Assembly: GCA_963579995.1 (NCBI GenBank)
Contig: CAUZIY010000001.1
Coordinates: 1,311 to 65,310, forward strand
Length of the DNA stretch: 64,000 nt
Source: Phycisphaerae bacterium
GTDB lineage: Bacteria > Planctomycetota > Phycisphaerae > Phycisphaerales > Phycisphaeraceae
Direction of reading: 5' to 3'
Positions 9,784 to 19,577 of the stretch are shown here, one piece after another. Below the pieces are notes generated by a model. The model saw only the letters and a program-made list of their open reading frames with translations. It was not told the DNA's origin and did no database searches. Made by a program: the position numbers and the translations under genes. How positions within the stretch are numbered: position 1 is the first letter of the stretch; every line of letters starts with the position of its first letter.

Positions 9784-9886
9784 GCACCTTGTTTTTTTGT
9801 GTTTTTTGCAGATCGCCAACCTGTTTGTCTTGGCGGTCATCAATCAAGGGCCTTCGGGACCTTGCGGAACCTGAAGTCTGCCGGTG

Positions 9887-9913
9887 AAAATGAGGGGCGT
9901 ATCAGGCCGATAG
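9887..9913 (+). promoter_or_regulatory. Sigma-28 (FliA)-type promoter candidate for the flagellin gene
   Basis: AAAA (9887-9890), a 15-nt spacer, then GCCGATAG (9906-9913), compared with the consensus TAAA-N15-GCCGATAA. It lies 43 nt upstream of the flagellin ATG. Confidence 0.5.
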
Positions 9914-9935
9914 CGGTCATGCCGGTACTTCATGC

Positions 9936-9955
9936 GACAATCAAGGAGGATTGTC
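9936..9955 (+). promoter_or_regulatory. Hairpin sequestering the Shine-Dalgarno sequence with a GGA-containing loop (candidate CsrA site) in the flagellin leader
   Basis: GACAAT (9936-9941) and ATTGTC (9950-9955) form a perfect 6-bp stem. The loop CAAGGAGG is the Shine-Dalgarno sequence, and ATG 9956 abuts the stem. Confidence 0.55.
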
Positions 9956-11425
9956 ATGTCACGAATAAATACCAATGTTGCTTCTTTGATCGCCCAGAAC
10001 AATCTGCAGCGGGCCAACCAGGATCTAACGGTCAGCCTGCAGCGGTTGAGTACGGGTCTGGCCATTAGCCGCGGTGCGGATAATCCGGCGGGCTTGATTG
10101 TCTCTGAGCGCCTGCGCACTGAAATTTCCGGCATTACTCAGGCGATTGACAATGCTGAGCGTGCATCAAATGTGATAGCGACGACAGAGGCGGCTTTAAA
10201 TGAGGTGTCACATCTACTGACATCGATTAAAGGTCTCGCGGTTGAAGCAGCGAATACAGGGGCCTTTTCAGATGAAGAGGTTGCGGCAAATCAGTTGCAG
10301 ATCGATTCTGCGGTCGAGTCGATTACGCGGATATCCAATGTGACCAGCTTTGCCGGGCTACAGTTGCTCAATGGATCTCTGGATTATCTGATCAGTGGCC
10401 TGGATGCAGACAGCATTCAGGACGTCAATGTATTTGCCGCCAATTTTGGAACCAATGAGGTCAAGCCAGTAACTGTCGAAGTCCTGAACAAGGCTCAGAA
10501 TGCAGTATTGTTCTTGGATGGCAACTTGGCAGAAGCTCCAGGTGAATTGCTGTCGAGTGTGACATTCGAGGTGCAAGGCAACAAAGGCGTTGAGGCTCTG
10601 TCATTCGTCAGTGGAACACATTTGTCCTCGGTCGTATTCGCGATTAATTCTGTTGTGGATGTTACGGGTGTTTCAGCATCGCTTGTTGACCATGGTGATC
10701 AGACATCTGGCATGTTGCTTTCCAGCCAGGCATTTGGATCTGATGCCTTCGTGAGTGTGCGGAAAATTTCTGGTGGGTCATTCTTCCAAATGTTCAAGCA
10801 TGATCACACATTTGGTTTGAATATCGTTAATCGTGATACCGGCGAAGATGTAGTTGCTTTGATCAATGGCAGTCTTGCTTTGGGGAATGGTTTGGATGTT
10901 AGTCTAAAGTCATCAACACTGGACATTGAAATGTCCCTGACCGAGGCGGCTGGCCTTACGCTTGGCATGCATAGGTTTATGATTACCGGTGGGGGATCTC
11001 TTTTTCAACTTGGTCCACGGGTTAATCCAAATCATCAGGTCGGCTTTGGTATTCCATCAATTGCTGCAACCCATCTGGGGACTGAAGCAATTGGTTTTCT
11101 TCACTCGATTATGAGTGTTGGCGAGAACAGCCTCGTGAGCGGACGTACTGAACAGGCGTCTCAAATCATTGATACATCGATTGATCAGGTCGCTATTCTG
11201 CGAGGTCGCCTTGGTGCTTTTGAGCGCAATACATTGCAGGCCAGTATCCGAAGCCAGCAGATTGCATTGGAGAATTTGACGTCATCAGAAAGCCGGATTC
11301 GCGATACTGACTTTGCGTTAGAAACTTCACGGTTAACGCGTGCCCAAATTCTGGTTCAGGCGGGGACATCTACCCTGGCACTGGCCAATAGCACGGCGCA
11401 GAATGTACTTGCGTTGTTGCAGTAG
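9956..11425 (+). CDS. fliC: Flagellin
   Basis: MSRINTNVASLIAQNNLQRANQDLTVSLQRLSTGLAISRGADNPAGL and C-terminus RIRDTDFALETSRLTRAQILVQAGTSTLALANSTAQNVLALLQ. Start chosen at ATG 9956, behind AAGGAGG, rather than the track start 9932. Confidence 0.92.
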   Translation: MSRINTNVASLIAQNNLQRANQDLTVSLQRLSTGLAISRGADNPAGLIVSERLRTEISGITQAIDNAERASNVIATTEAALNEVSHLLTSIKGLAVEAANTGAFSDEEVAANQLQIDSAVESITRISNVTSFAGLQLLNGSLDYLISGLDADSIQDVNVFAANFGTNEVKPVTVEVLNKAQNAVLFLDGNLAEAPGELLSSVTFEVQGNKGVEALSFVSGTHLSSVVFAINSVVDVTGVSASLVDHGDQTSGMLLSSQAFGSDAFVSVRKISGGSFFQMFKHDHTFGLNIVNRDTGEDVVALINGSLALGNGLDVSLKSSTLDIEMSLTEAAGLTLGMHRFMITGGGSLFQLGPRVNPNHQVGFGIPSIAATHLGTEAIGFLHSIMSVGENSLVSGRTEQASQIIDTSIDQVAILRGRLGAFERNTLQASIRSQQIALENLTSSESRIRDTDFALETSRLTRAQILVQAGTSTLALANSTAQNVLALLQ

Positions 11426-11627
11426 TGACATGTTCGTTTAGTAAGTTGTCAACGTCCAAACAGTTGTGAACGGTGCCACTTTCTCCCCATGAGCTTACGG
11501 TGGGATCAGGCTGTCAATACATTGCGTCGTCTCTCGGAAGTGGGATGCTGTCGTCTGTGTAGGTGTTTTGAGTTGGTAGGCGAGTCGGACCTTTTGCTGA
11601 TTGTTGTTGGTTTAGGTGTAGGGTGAT

Positions 11628-12242
11628 CTAGTCTGCGGGTTGGCCCGAGATGGCGGGCAGTCCCAGGAAATTAGCCAGTAATGAGGGGCCTTCGAGAGTA
11701 AGAAAACTTTCAGGATGAAACTGTACCCCTTCCAGAGGTGCATTGCCAAACACCCCCTGCTTTGCCCGAATTGCCATGATCTCCCCCTCTTTAGTCCAGG
11801 CGCTGACTTCAAATTGGTCGTCATCAAATGAGTCCCGGCTGATGACAAGGCTGTGATATCGGGTTGCTATAAATGGATTTGACAGGCCCATGAATATCGT
11901 TTTGCCATCATGATCAATAGGTGAGGTCTTGCCATGCATGATTCGATCGTTGCGATGGATGGTCATCTCGAAGGAATGCCCTATGCATTGGTGCCCTAGA
12001 CATACACCAAGTAGCGGGACCTTTCCCGCGAAGGCTTTGACCACTTCATTTGAGATGCCGGCTTCGGTTGGTGTGCATGGACCTGGTGAGATGATGACAT
12101 GGTCTGGTTGTAATCCAACAGATTGTTCGACGGAAATCTTGTCATTGCGATAAACGTGAAGATCGAGTGACGAATCCATTTCGCCAATTCTTTGCACGAG
12201 GTTGTAGGTAAAGCTGTCGTAGTTGTCGATGAGGAGAATCAT
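11628..12242 (-). CDS. trpG: Glutamine amidotransferase component II of anthranilate / aminodeoxychorismate synthase
   Basis: MILLIDNYDSFTYNLVQ, the catalytic LGVCLGHQ, and a class-I GATase His/Glu region near the C-terminus. TrpG cannot be told apart from PabA by eye. Confidence 0.88.
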   Translation of the reverse strand: MILLIDNYDSFTYNLVQRIGEMDSSLDLHVYRNDKISVEQSVGLQPDHVIISPGPCTPTEAGISNEVVKAFAGKVPLLGVCLGHQCIGHSFEMTIHRNDRIMHGKTSPIDHDGKTIFMGLSNPFIATRYHSLVISRDSFDDDQFEVSAWTKEGEIMAIRAKQGVFGNAPLEGVQFHPESFLTLEGPSLLANFLGLPAISGQPAD

Positions 12243-12256
12243 GGATTTGGCCTGGT

Positions 12257-15064
12257 CTAGTTTGCCACCACGTTGATCATTTTACCCTTGATTATAATGA
12301 CCTTGCGGATCGTTTTGCCTTCAATCGCCCGTTGTACCGAATCGTCGTTCAACGCCTGGTGTTCGACTTCCGATGAATCAGCGTCAACGGGCACCGTCAG
12401 TCGTCCGCGCAGTTTCCCATTTACCTGGATTGGGTATTCGACCGAGTCTTCAACGAGTAGTGATGGGTCGAAAGTGGGCCATGATTGATGGGACAGGGAG
12501 CTATCGGCACCCAGTCGTTGCCAAATCTCTTCGCAGATATGCGGAGCTTGTGGGCTCAGCAACAGGACGAGTACTTCAGCGACCTCGCGCGGAACCTTGG
12601 GGAGTGATACCAGGGCATTATTTAGTTCAATCATTGCAGCGATGGCAGTATTAAAACTCATCCGGTCCATGTCATCACTGACCTTCTTGATCGTTTGGTG
12701 CAGCAACTTTCGGAGCAGTGGGGTGGCAGGTTCATCGCTGACGGCCAGGCTGCCATCACTGTCAACAAGATTACGCCAAAAGCGTTGAAGAAATCGATGC
12801 ACGCCCACGATGTCGTGTGTGTGCCATACCTTGGATTGGTCAACGGGTCCAAGGTACATTTCATACAGTCGCAGCGTGTCGCAACCGTATTGCCTACAGA
12901 TTTCGTCTGGCGTTACGGCATTCTTGAGACTCTTCCCCATTTTCCCAAAGTGTCGAACAACTGGTTTATCTTCGTACAGGAAGCCGCCGTCATTTCTCTG
13001 CACCTTACCTGCTGGCACACGGATGCCTCGCTCATCCTCGTAATAATAGGCTTGGATGTAGCCCTGATTGAACAGGCGCCCAAAAGGTTCAGGTGTGCTG
13101 ACATAATCCAGATCATAGAGTACCTTGTGCCAGAAGCGGGCATAAAGCAGGTGCAAAACGGCATGCTCTGCGCCGCCAACGTACAGATCGACTCCCTGGG
13201 GCTGGGGTGTTCCGTCTGCCGCGTCACGATTCATCCAATACTGCTCTTCCTGCTTACCGACAAAACGTTTTTGATTGCGCGAATTAGTAAACCGCAGGTA
13301 GTACCAGCATGAGCCGGCCCACTGGGGCATCGTGTTTAGCTCGCGTGAATACAAAATGCCATCAATCTCAACGTGTTTCCATGACCCAGGTGCACGGCCG
13401 AGCGGTGGTTGTGGTGGCGCATTGGGATCGTCACTGGCACTGGGACGAAAATCTTCCATTTCCGGAAGCTCAACGGGCAAATCCGATTCGTCGACTGCCC
13501 GGATTTGACCCTCAGGGCCATGGAGGATTGGAAACGGCTCACCCCAATAACGCTGCCGGCTAAACAGCCAGTCGCGGAGCTTGTACTGGACTTCCTGCTT
13601 GCCCAGACCATGATCGGTCAGCCACTGAATAATGAGTTTCTTGGCCTGTGGTGTTGGCAGACCATTGAGGCTTACACCGTCGTTGGCACTATTCACACCA
13701 ACGCCAGTACCGGAGAAAGCTTCCTGGTCGGTATTGCCCACACCATCGGCGTCGACCACTTTCAGGATTGGCAGGCCAAACGTACATGCAAAGTCATGAT
13801 CTCGCTGATCATGTGCGGGTACCGCCATAATTGCACCCGTGCCGTAACCCATCAGGACGTAGTCAGCAATCCAGATCGGAATTTTTTTATTATTGACTGG
13901 ATTGAGGGCATAGGCGCCGGTAAACACGCCGGTCTTTTCTCGATCTTCTGCCATTCGATCCAGTTCGGCGCGCTCCAGGGCTCGCTGCTGGCACTCTGCA
14001 ACCTCGGGCTGCTGTTCACTCGTGGTGATCAGATCGACCAGGGGGTGCTCCGGTGCGAGCACCATGTATGTGGCACCAAAAAGCGTGTCCGGTCTGGTTG
14101 TGAAGACACGGATTACATCGTCGCTGTTTGCAAGGGAAAAATCGACCATTGCGCCTTGTGATCGGCCGATCCAATTTCGTTGCATCAATTTGATGGGTTC
14201 GGGCCAGTCTACCAACTCCAGATCTTCGAGCAGTCGATCGTTATATGCGGTAATGCGTAGCATCCATTGACGAAGTGGTCGTTGGTAGACAGGGTGGTTG
14301 CCGCGTTCGGACCGTCCTTTATTGGTGACTTCCTCGTTGGCAAGCACTGTGCCCAGCGCCGGACACCAGTTGACCGGGACCTCGGCCATGTAGGCCAGCC
14401 GATGTTGATCTAGAAATAACTGTTGATCAGCTCCGGTAAGTTCATGCCAATGACGGACACCGATGGGTGCTCCGGCAAGCACATCTAGTGATCGTGCTGG
14501 TGATTCGATTAATTCACCTTCAGGGCCAATGTAGAATTTGTGTGATTCAAGCTGTTCAACCAAATCATGAACAGGACGAGCCCTGTTTGATGTCGGATCA
14601 AACCAACTGTTATAGAGTTTCAGGAAAATCCATTGTGTCCACTTGTAATAGTCTGGATCAGTCGTTGCGAAGCTGCGATCCCAATCGTAACTCATGCCCA
14701 GCCGTTCCAATTGGCGGGTCATGTTGGCGCAATTTTGCTCGGTGGTGATCCGTGGGTGTACACCGCATTCAACCGCATATTGCTCTGCGGGCAGGCCAAA
14801 CGCGTCATAACCCATCGGGTGGAGCACATTAAATCCCCGCATTCTCTTGTGGCGGGCCACAATATCCGTGGCGATGTAGCCGAGTGGATGGCCAACATGC
14901 AGGCCAACGTCAGATGGGTACGGAAAAAAATCAAGGACATAAAACTTGGGCTGTGATGGATCAAAACCATCGTCATGTGGGTTGGTTGCACGGAAGGTCT
15001 TGTGCTTTTGCCAATAGTCCTGCCATTTTAATTCGATGGCTGCGAAGTCGTAATTCATGATCAA
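12257..15064 (-). CDS. leuS: Leucyl-tRNA synthetase
   Basis: HIGH-type motif HVGHPLGY, KMSKS-type motif KMGKS, and N-terminus YDFAAIELKWQDYWQKHKTF. Length is 935 aa. Confidence 0.95.
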   Translation of the reverse strand: MIMNYDFAAIELKWQDYWQKHKTFRATNPHDDGFDPSQPKFYVLDFFPYPSDVGLHVGHPLGYIATDIVARHKRMRGFNVLHPMGYDAFGLPAEQYAVECGVHPRITTEQNCANMTRQLERLGMSYDWDRSFATTDPDYYKWTQWIFLKLYNSWFDPTSNRARPVHDLVEQLESHKFYIGPEGELIESPARSLDVLAGAPIGVRHWHELTGADQQLFLDQHRLAYMAEVPVNWCPALGTVLANEEVTNKGRSERGNHPVYQRPLRQWMLRITAYNDRLLEDLELVDWPEPIKLMQRNWIGRSQGAMVDFSLANSDDVIRVFTTRPDTLFGATYMVLAPEHPLVDLITTSEQQPEVAECQQRALERAELDRMAEDREKTGVFTGAYALNPVNNKKIPIWIADYVLMGYGTGAIMAVPAHDQRDHDFACTFGLPILKVVDADGVGNTDQEAFSGTGVGVNSANDGVSLNGLPTPQAKKLIIQWLTDHGLGKQEVQYKLRDWLFSRQRYWGEPFPILHGPEGQIRAVDESDLPVELPEMEDFRPSASDDPNAPPQPPLGRAPGSWKHVEIDGILYSRELNTMPQWAGSCWYYLRFTNSRNQKRFVGKQEEQYWMNRDAADGTPQPQGVDLYVGGAEHAVLHLLYARFWHKVLYDLDYVSTPEPFGRLFNQGYIQAYYYEDERGIRVPAGKVQRNDGGFLYEDKPVVRHFGKMGKSLKNAVTPDEICRQYGCDTLRLYEMYLGPVDQSKVWHTHDIVGVHRFLQRFWRNLVDSDGSLAVSDEPATPLLRKLLHQTIKKVSDDMDRMSFNTAIAAMIELNNALVSLPKVPREVAEVLVLLLSPQAPHICEEIWQRLGADSSLSHQSWPTFDPSLLVEDSVEYPIQVNGKLRGRLTVPVDADSSEVEHQALNDDSVQRAIEGKTIRKVIIIKGKMINVVAN

Positions 15065-15070
15065 TTTTGA

Positions 15071-15589
15071 CTAGAAAGTAAACATCAAACCTATGTAACC
15101 TGTTGCACCGTCCTGGCCTGAATTTTCATCATGGCTGGTGATGTCTACATTGTAGTTTGAAACGATGCGACCACCGATTAGTAATATCGTTGCATTGGCT
15201 GGATCCAAGGCGACTTCATGCCCGGACCGAGGCGGCAAGCTGAAACCTAGATCATCATAAGGAAAGGCCATGACGGTTTGCTGAATCCCAGGTTTCCTGC
15301 AAACCTCCTGGAGATTTTGCGGGCGTGGTTCAGGTCTTGCGGATCTGGACGTTTTAAGGCTTTTGGAGCTTAGGCAACACCGATTACCAGGATCTGGCCA
15401 GATGGGGCGGCCAAGGACAGCCAGATGACTGTTTGCCGCCATTGGCAGTGACACCCCGCCAGGCACTGGCATACATTCTCCTTTGGTGGGGGCCATGAAA
15501 AGATGTAGGCCGAGGATACAGCAGGCAAGTAGCTTTGGCATTGCAGGTATTTGGTTAGTCTCGAATTTGAAAACGGTAGTGGTCGGCAT
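15071..15589 (-). CDS. Hypothetical secreted / outer-membrane-like protein
   Basis: The ORF ends 6 nt before the leuS start. There is an internal Met followed by the hydrophobic MPKLLACCILGLHLF, and the C-terminus GYIGLMFTF resembles an OMP beta-signal. I recognise no family. Confidence 0.3.
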   Translation of the reverse strand: MPTTTVFKFETNQIPAMPKLLACCILGLHLFMAPTKGECMPVPGGVSLPMAANSHLAVLGRPIWPDPGNRCCLSSKSLKTSRSARPEPRPQNLQEVCRKPGIQQTVMAFPYDDLGFSLPPRSGHEVALDPANATILLIGGRIVSNYNVDITSHDENSGQDGATGYIGLMFTF

Positions 15590-15696
15590 CCTATTTTACA
15601 ACATATGGTGCCTGCAAGTGATTGCCGCGGTGGGACTGTAGTTATCGACACTTTTTCCACCTGGACTGGCCGCCGCAGCTATAGATTGGCAAAGCG

Positions 15697-17136
15697 ATGC
15701 ATTTGGCGACAATAGACCCCGTGACAACCTCCATCGAAGCACGTCCTGGTTTTGCGACTCAGCGGATTGATCTGCCTAAGCTATTTGAAAAGCTGCCGCC
15801 AGCAGCGGTCGAGGCGGAAATGGCGCTGCTTGGGTCGATGATCCTTGATCAACAGGTCATAGGCGATGTATTGCAGTTGATCAATGGCGCTAATGACTTT
15901 TCTGTAGGGAAGCACCAGGCACTGTATCAATCTTTGGTCGATCTATATGACCAGAATCAATCGGTTGATATGGTGCAGATCAAGCAGTGGCTCACCGATC
16001 GTGGCGTGTTAGAGCAGGCGGGCGGGTTGTCGTATTTAATTGAGATCGTTGAATCAGTCCCCCACGCTGCGGGCGCCCAATATTATGCAAAGATTGTTCG
16101 TGATAAATCACTTATCCGACATCTAATTGAAGTGGCGGGGCAGATTCTTCATGATGCGCATACAAGTGCTGACACGGCGGACGAAGTTTTGGACGCGTCC
16201 GAGAAGGCGATCTTCATGTTGCGTGAAGCACAAAGTGCCCAGGATGCCGCCAAGCTCGATGAGTTGCTGCAGGAACTATACGCGCAACTGGAAGCTCGAG
16301 AGGGAGAATATCTGACCGGTTTGGATACGGGATTCGCCCAGCTTAACGAGTTAACCAGTGGACTACAGAAAAGCGAGATGATTATTGTTGCCGGTCGACC
16401 GAGCATGGGAAAGACGGCATTTGCACTCAATTTAGCTGAGCATATCAGTGTGACCATGAGACAACCGGTTGTATTCTATAGCTTGGAGATGAGCAAGCAG
16501 CAGCTTGCTCAGAGACTGCTTTGCTCCCGAAGTGGTGTTGACTCTCAGAAACTACGGAGAAATATGCTAGACAGCAATGAATTTGATTTATTGCACAAAA
16601 CCATGGATCAGGTTCGTGAATCACCACTTTACATTGATGACACGCCCGGACTGTCGCTCATGGTTTTACGGGCCAAAGCGAGGCGCATGGTGTCGCAACA
16701 TCAGGTCAAGGCTGTTTTCGTGGACTATATGCAACTGATGAGTGCGCCGGGAAGTGAATCACGGCAGCAAGAGGTTTCCCTGATTTCTCGCGGCATCAAA
16801 TCATTGGCACGGGAACTTAATGTGCCGATCATTTGTATGAGTCAGTTAAATCGATCACCTGAGGGGCGTGAAGATCACCGACCTCGCATGAGTGATCTGC
16901 GTGAGTCAGGTTCAATTGAACAGGATGCCGACGTGGTGATGATGCTGCACCGTGAAGAATATTATCACACGGATCCTGAATGGGCGGATGATAATGCAGA
17001 CAAGTTAGGTGTGGCGGAATTAATCTTGACCAAGCAACGTAACGGTCCGACTGGGACGGTTGGGCTTCAGTTTAATGCCGACACGACACGATTTAATAAT
17101 CTTACGCGGTTGGGGGGCAGTGATCCTCCATTTTAA
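15697..17136 (+). CDS. dnaB: Replicative DNA helicase DnaB
   Basis: PPAAVEAEMALLGSMILD, Walker A GRPSMGKTAFALN, SLEMS and ICMSQLNR motifs. Length is 479 aa. Confidence 0.95.
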   Translation: MHLATIDPVTTSIEARPGFATQRIDLPKLFEKLPPAAVEAEMALLGSMILDQQVIGDVLQLINGANDFSVGKHQALYQSLVDLYDQNQSVDMVQIKQWLTDRGVLEQAGGLSYLIEIVESVPHAAGAQYYAKIVRDKSLIRHLIEVAGQILHDAHTSADTADEVLDASEKAIFMLREAQSAQDAAKLDELLQELYAQLEAREGEYLTGLDTGFAQLNELTSGLQKSEMIIVAGRPSMGKTAFALNLAEHISVTMRQPVVFYSLEMSKQQLAQRLLCSRSGVDSQKLRRNMLDSNEFDLLHKTMDQVRESPLYIDDTPGLSLMVLRAKARRMVSQHQVKAVFVDYMQLMSAPGSESRQQEVSLISRGIKSLARELNVPIICMSQLNRSPEGREDHRPRMSDLRESGSIEQDADVVMMLHREEYYHTDPEWADDNADKLGVAELILTKQRNGPTGTVGLQFNADTTRFNNLTRLGGSDPPF

Positions 17137-17144
17137 GTGAAATC

Positions 17145-18137
17145 ATGAATGTACATTGGTCCAAGGAACGTCAAGTCGCAATCGACGCGGTTCGTGCCGC
17201 CGCCAGGGTATGCACGGCTATTCAGGGCCACTTGATTGATGCCCAGGTAATCGAGAAAAAGGATCGCAGCCCTGTAACCGTTGCTGATTTCGCATCGCAA
17301 GCAGTTGTCTGCGGGATTCTTGGCGCCGCGTTGCCTCATGATGCCATTATTGGTGAAGAACAGGCAGATGTTCTTCGCCAAGATGGGCAAGATGCAGTCC
17401 GCCAGGCAGTGGTTGAGCATGCCGGCACAGGGCTGAATCGTACAGATCTTATGGCGACGGACGTTTTGGACCTGATCGATCGTGGTGCCCAAAGCGAAGC
17501 AAGTGGTTCTCGCTATTGGACCCTAGACCCAATCGACGGCACCAAGGGTTTTCTGCGTCAAGAGCAATACGCAGTGGCATTAGCGCTTCTTGAAGACAAT
17601 GAAGTTGTGCTTGGTGTGCTGGGATGTCCCAACCTCAGTTTGGGTGGAATGTCAGAAGGTACATTGATGGTTGCAGTCAAGGGGCAGGGGACCACGCTGA
17701 TGTCTTTGGGCGATTCGAGCCAGGGTCGACCCGTTGCAGTCAGTTCATTGGGCGGTCCCAGTGAAGCTAGATTTTGTGAATCGGTCGAATCGGCACATTC
17801 GAGCCATGGTACAGCGGCACAGATCGCCGAAATCTTGGGCATCACCAGGGAGCCGGTGCGAATGGATAGCCAGGCAAAATATGCGTCAGTGGCTAACGGT
17901 GAGTCACAGATATATATGAGGCTACCAACCCGGGCGGATTATCGGGAATGTATTTGGGACCATGCTGCCGGCGCATTGGTAGTTGTTGAGGCAGGTGGCT
18001 GTGTAACGGACATACGTGGCCGTTCACTGGACTTCTCCCAGGGACGACGTCTGGAATCGAATGAGGGTATTGTGGCGTCCAATGGTTCGCTGCATGAAGC
18101 AGTCATTGATGCCATCCGGCAAACGATCAATTCCTAA
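17145..18137 (+). CDS. 3'(2'),5'-bisphosphate nucleotidase (HAL2/CysQ, inositol-monophosphatase superfamily)
   Basis: WTLDPIDGTKGF and WDHAAG motifs. Length is 330 aa. Confidence 0.78.
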   Translation: MNVHWSKERQVAIDAVRAAARVCTAIQGHLIDAQVIEKKDRSPVTVADFASQAVVCGILGAALPHDAIIGEEQADVLRQDGQDAVRQAVVEHAGTGLNRTDLMATDVLDLIDRGAQSEASGSRYWTLDPIDGTKGFLRQEQYAVALALLEDNEVVLGVLGCPNLSLGGMSEGTLMVAVKGQGTTLMSLGDSSQGRPVAVSSLGGPSEARFCESVESAHSSHGTAAQIAEILGITREPVRMDSQAKYASVANGESQIYMRLPTRADYRECIWDHAAGALVVVEAGGCVTDIRGRSLDFSQGRRLESNEGIVASNGSLHEAVIDAIRQTINS

Positions 18138-18168
18138 CCCACGGTTACAGAAACAATGAATAAAAAAA

Positions 18169-18193
18169 GGCCGGTCCTTTGAGAGGACCGGCC
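18169..18193. terminator. Bidirectional intrinsic terminator between convergent genes
   Basis: GGCCGGTCC (18169-18177) and GGACCGGCC (18185-18193) form a perfect 9-bp stem with a 7-nt loop. It is flanked by A7 upstream and TTAT downstream. Confidence 0.7.
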
Positions 18194-18248
18194 TTATGAA
18201 TTTCGCTCCCTCGGCCACCATGCGGTGACAAGGGGTTTAATTCAAATC

Positions 18249-19577
18249 TTAGAACATCAACTGGAGCTGGCTGCGAATCACGACTTGGTCATCGTCATTT
18301 GCGCCGGTCGCTCTGATGCCAATGTTCTCAGCTGCCGTTGGGATCGTATCAGACGTCCAAACGACATCCACGCTGAGCTTGGCGGCGTGGTTGCTGAAGT
18401 ATCGATTGACACCGACGGTCAGAATCTCAACATCGTCTGCGGCGCCATCGAAGTCGACATGTTCCCAACGTACGTAGGGCTCCATGCCGCTGTTTGAGCA
18501 GTTGTAGCCTGCTTGGGCAACAATACCATAGGTATCAGCGTCAGCGCCTGCTTCGGGGTCAGTGTTGAGCCCAGTAATCGCTGCGGACAAGTTCCAGCCG
18601 TTGTTCTCTAGTGCGGCGTCAACTGTCCAGCCCGTGGCGTTATCATTGGCGGCTGCATCGCCGGTTTCACCGACTTCGTGATGAACAGCAACACCTAAGA
18701 ACAGTGCCTGATCTTCGCCACTCCAGGCGCTATAGTCAGACCACTGGTCCCAGCTGCCAGCCAGTTTCAAGTCCACTCTTGCGGTAATTGCAATATCAGT
18801 GGCATCACCGGAGAATCCCGCACCAGCGGTTTCACCAGAGCCAGCACCGTCATTGAGTGAAAGGCGGACCAGCATGTCGTCGCTGGCGTCCCAGGTCACA
18901 CCAACGCCTTGTACGACACCAGTAGTGAAAAGCTCATTAACGTAGGAGCGATCTACTGCGAGTTGATGCGTTGGTTCAATCATTTCCTCACGCATGAACG
19001 GGGCTTTGCTTTCGCCACCCGAGATGGTGACACCGTCCATCCATTCGTAGGAAATCGACAGTTCATCGGCTGAAACATTGTTATTACCTGGATTCACAGA
19101 CAGTGAAACTAGGTAGCCCAGCCGTGGGTCAGCAATATGACCCGAAGCGATGATCTTGGCCCGGGGAAACTCAAAGCCACGTTCGGCGCCATCAATGCCA
19201 GCTCCGTCATCTATGGAGTTGTTGACATGTCGCATCTGGATATAACCACGCAGATTCAACAGGAAGCTGCCGTCCTCGCTGGAGAGGAAGAAACCACTTC
19301 CGTTATGACCTGCTGTCATGTGGCTTTCCAGTAAGCTGGCACGCATATCGGCGTCTTGTAACACCTCGCGAACCATCCCCTTGAATTCCTCTGCCCGTCG
19401 CTGGCTGAGCCACGCATCATTTTGCTGCGCTTCAAGCTCGGCTAGCCGACCTCTGAGTTCTGCGACCTCTGAGCGTAACGCTGAGGAATCACCCACCAAC
19501 GCTTCTGCCCAAGCCGATACGCCGGTGGCAGAGATCACCAGCACGACCAAAAGGCCAATCATATAGTTGCTTCTCAT
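18249..19577 (-). CDS. Putative outer-membrane porin (beta-barrel with N-terminal coiled coil)
   Basis: Signal peptide ending VSAWA, coiled coil EVAELRGRLAELEAQQ, a long alternating beta-strand-like sequence, C-terminal LQLMF, and an AAAGGAGAG Shine-Dalgarno sequence upstream. Confidence 0.6.
   Translation of the reverse strand: MRSNYMIGLLVVLVISATGVSAWAEALVGDSSALRSEVAELRGRLAELEAQQNDAWLSQRRAEEFKGMVREVLQDADMRASLLESHMTAGHNGSGFFLSSEDGSFLLNLRGYIQMRHVNNSIDDGAGIDGAERGFEFPRAKIIASGHIADPRLGYLVSLSVNPGNNNVSADELSISYEWMDGVTISGGESKAPFMREEMIEPTHQLAVDRSYVNELFTTGVVQGVGVTWDASDDMLVRLSLNDGAGSGETAGAGFSGDATDIAITARVDLKLAGSWDQWSDYSAWSGEDQALFLGVAVHHEVGETGDAAANDNATGWTVDAALENNGWNLSAAITGLNTDPEAGADADTYGIVAQAGYNCSNSGMEPYVRWEHVDFDGAADDVEILTVGVNRYFSNHAAKLSVDVVWTSDTIPTAAENIGIRATGANDDDQVVIRSQLQLMF

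Noticed and set aside
9932-9955. Upstream start (9932) for flagellin, and upstream starts for the RRM gene (31268), gpsA (42929), guaA (28016) and flgA (1151).
   Set aside because: Flagellin (9956) and the RRM gene (31229) each have an internal ATG preceded by a properly spaced Shine-Dalgarno sequence and followed at once by the conserved N-terminus. For gpsA, guaA and flgA the internal ATG coincides with the conserved N-terminus or signal peptide. The alternatives are noted in the feature evidence where relevant.
12695-14161. Long plus-strand ORFs (205 aa and 250 aa) inside the leuS region.
   Set aside because: They lie antisense to a confidently identified leuS, have no recognisable motifs, and are rich in Cys, Trp and Arg. 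These are typical shadow ORFs. The same reasoning applies to other antisense or alternate-frame ORFs, for example 3449-3886, 6022-6417, 7780-8154, 26471-26923, 27504-27989, 28266-28682, 29155-29604, 37473-38003, 48548-48979, 49170-49619, 56681-57223, 57507-58017 and 62855-63301.
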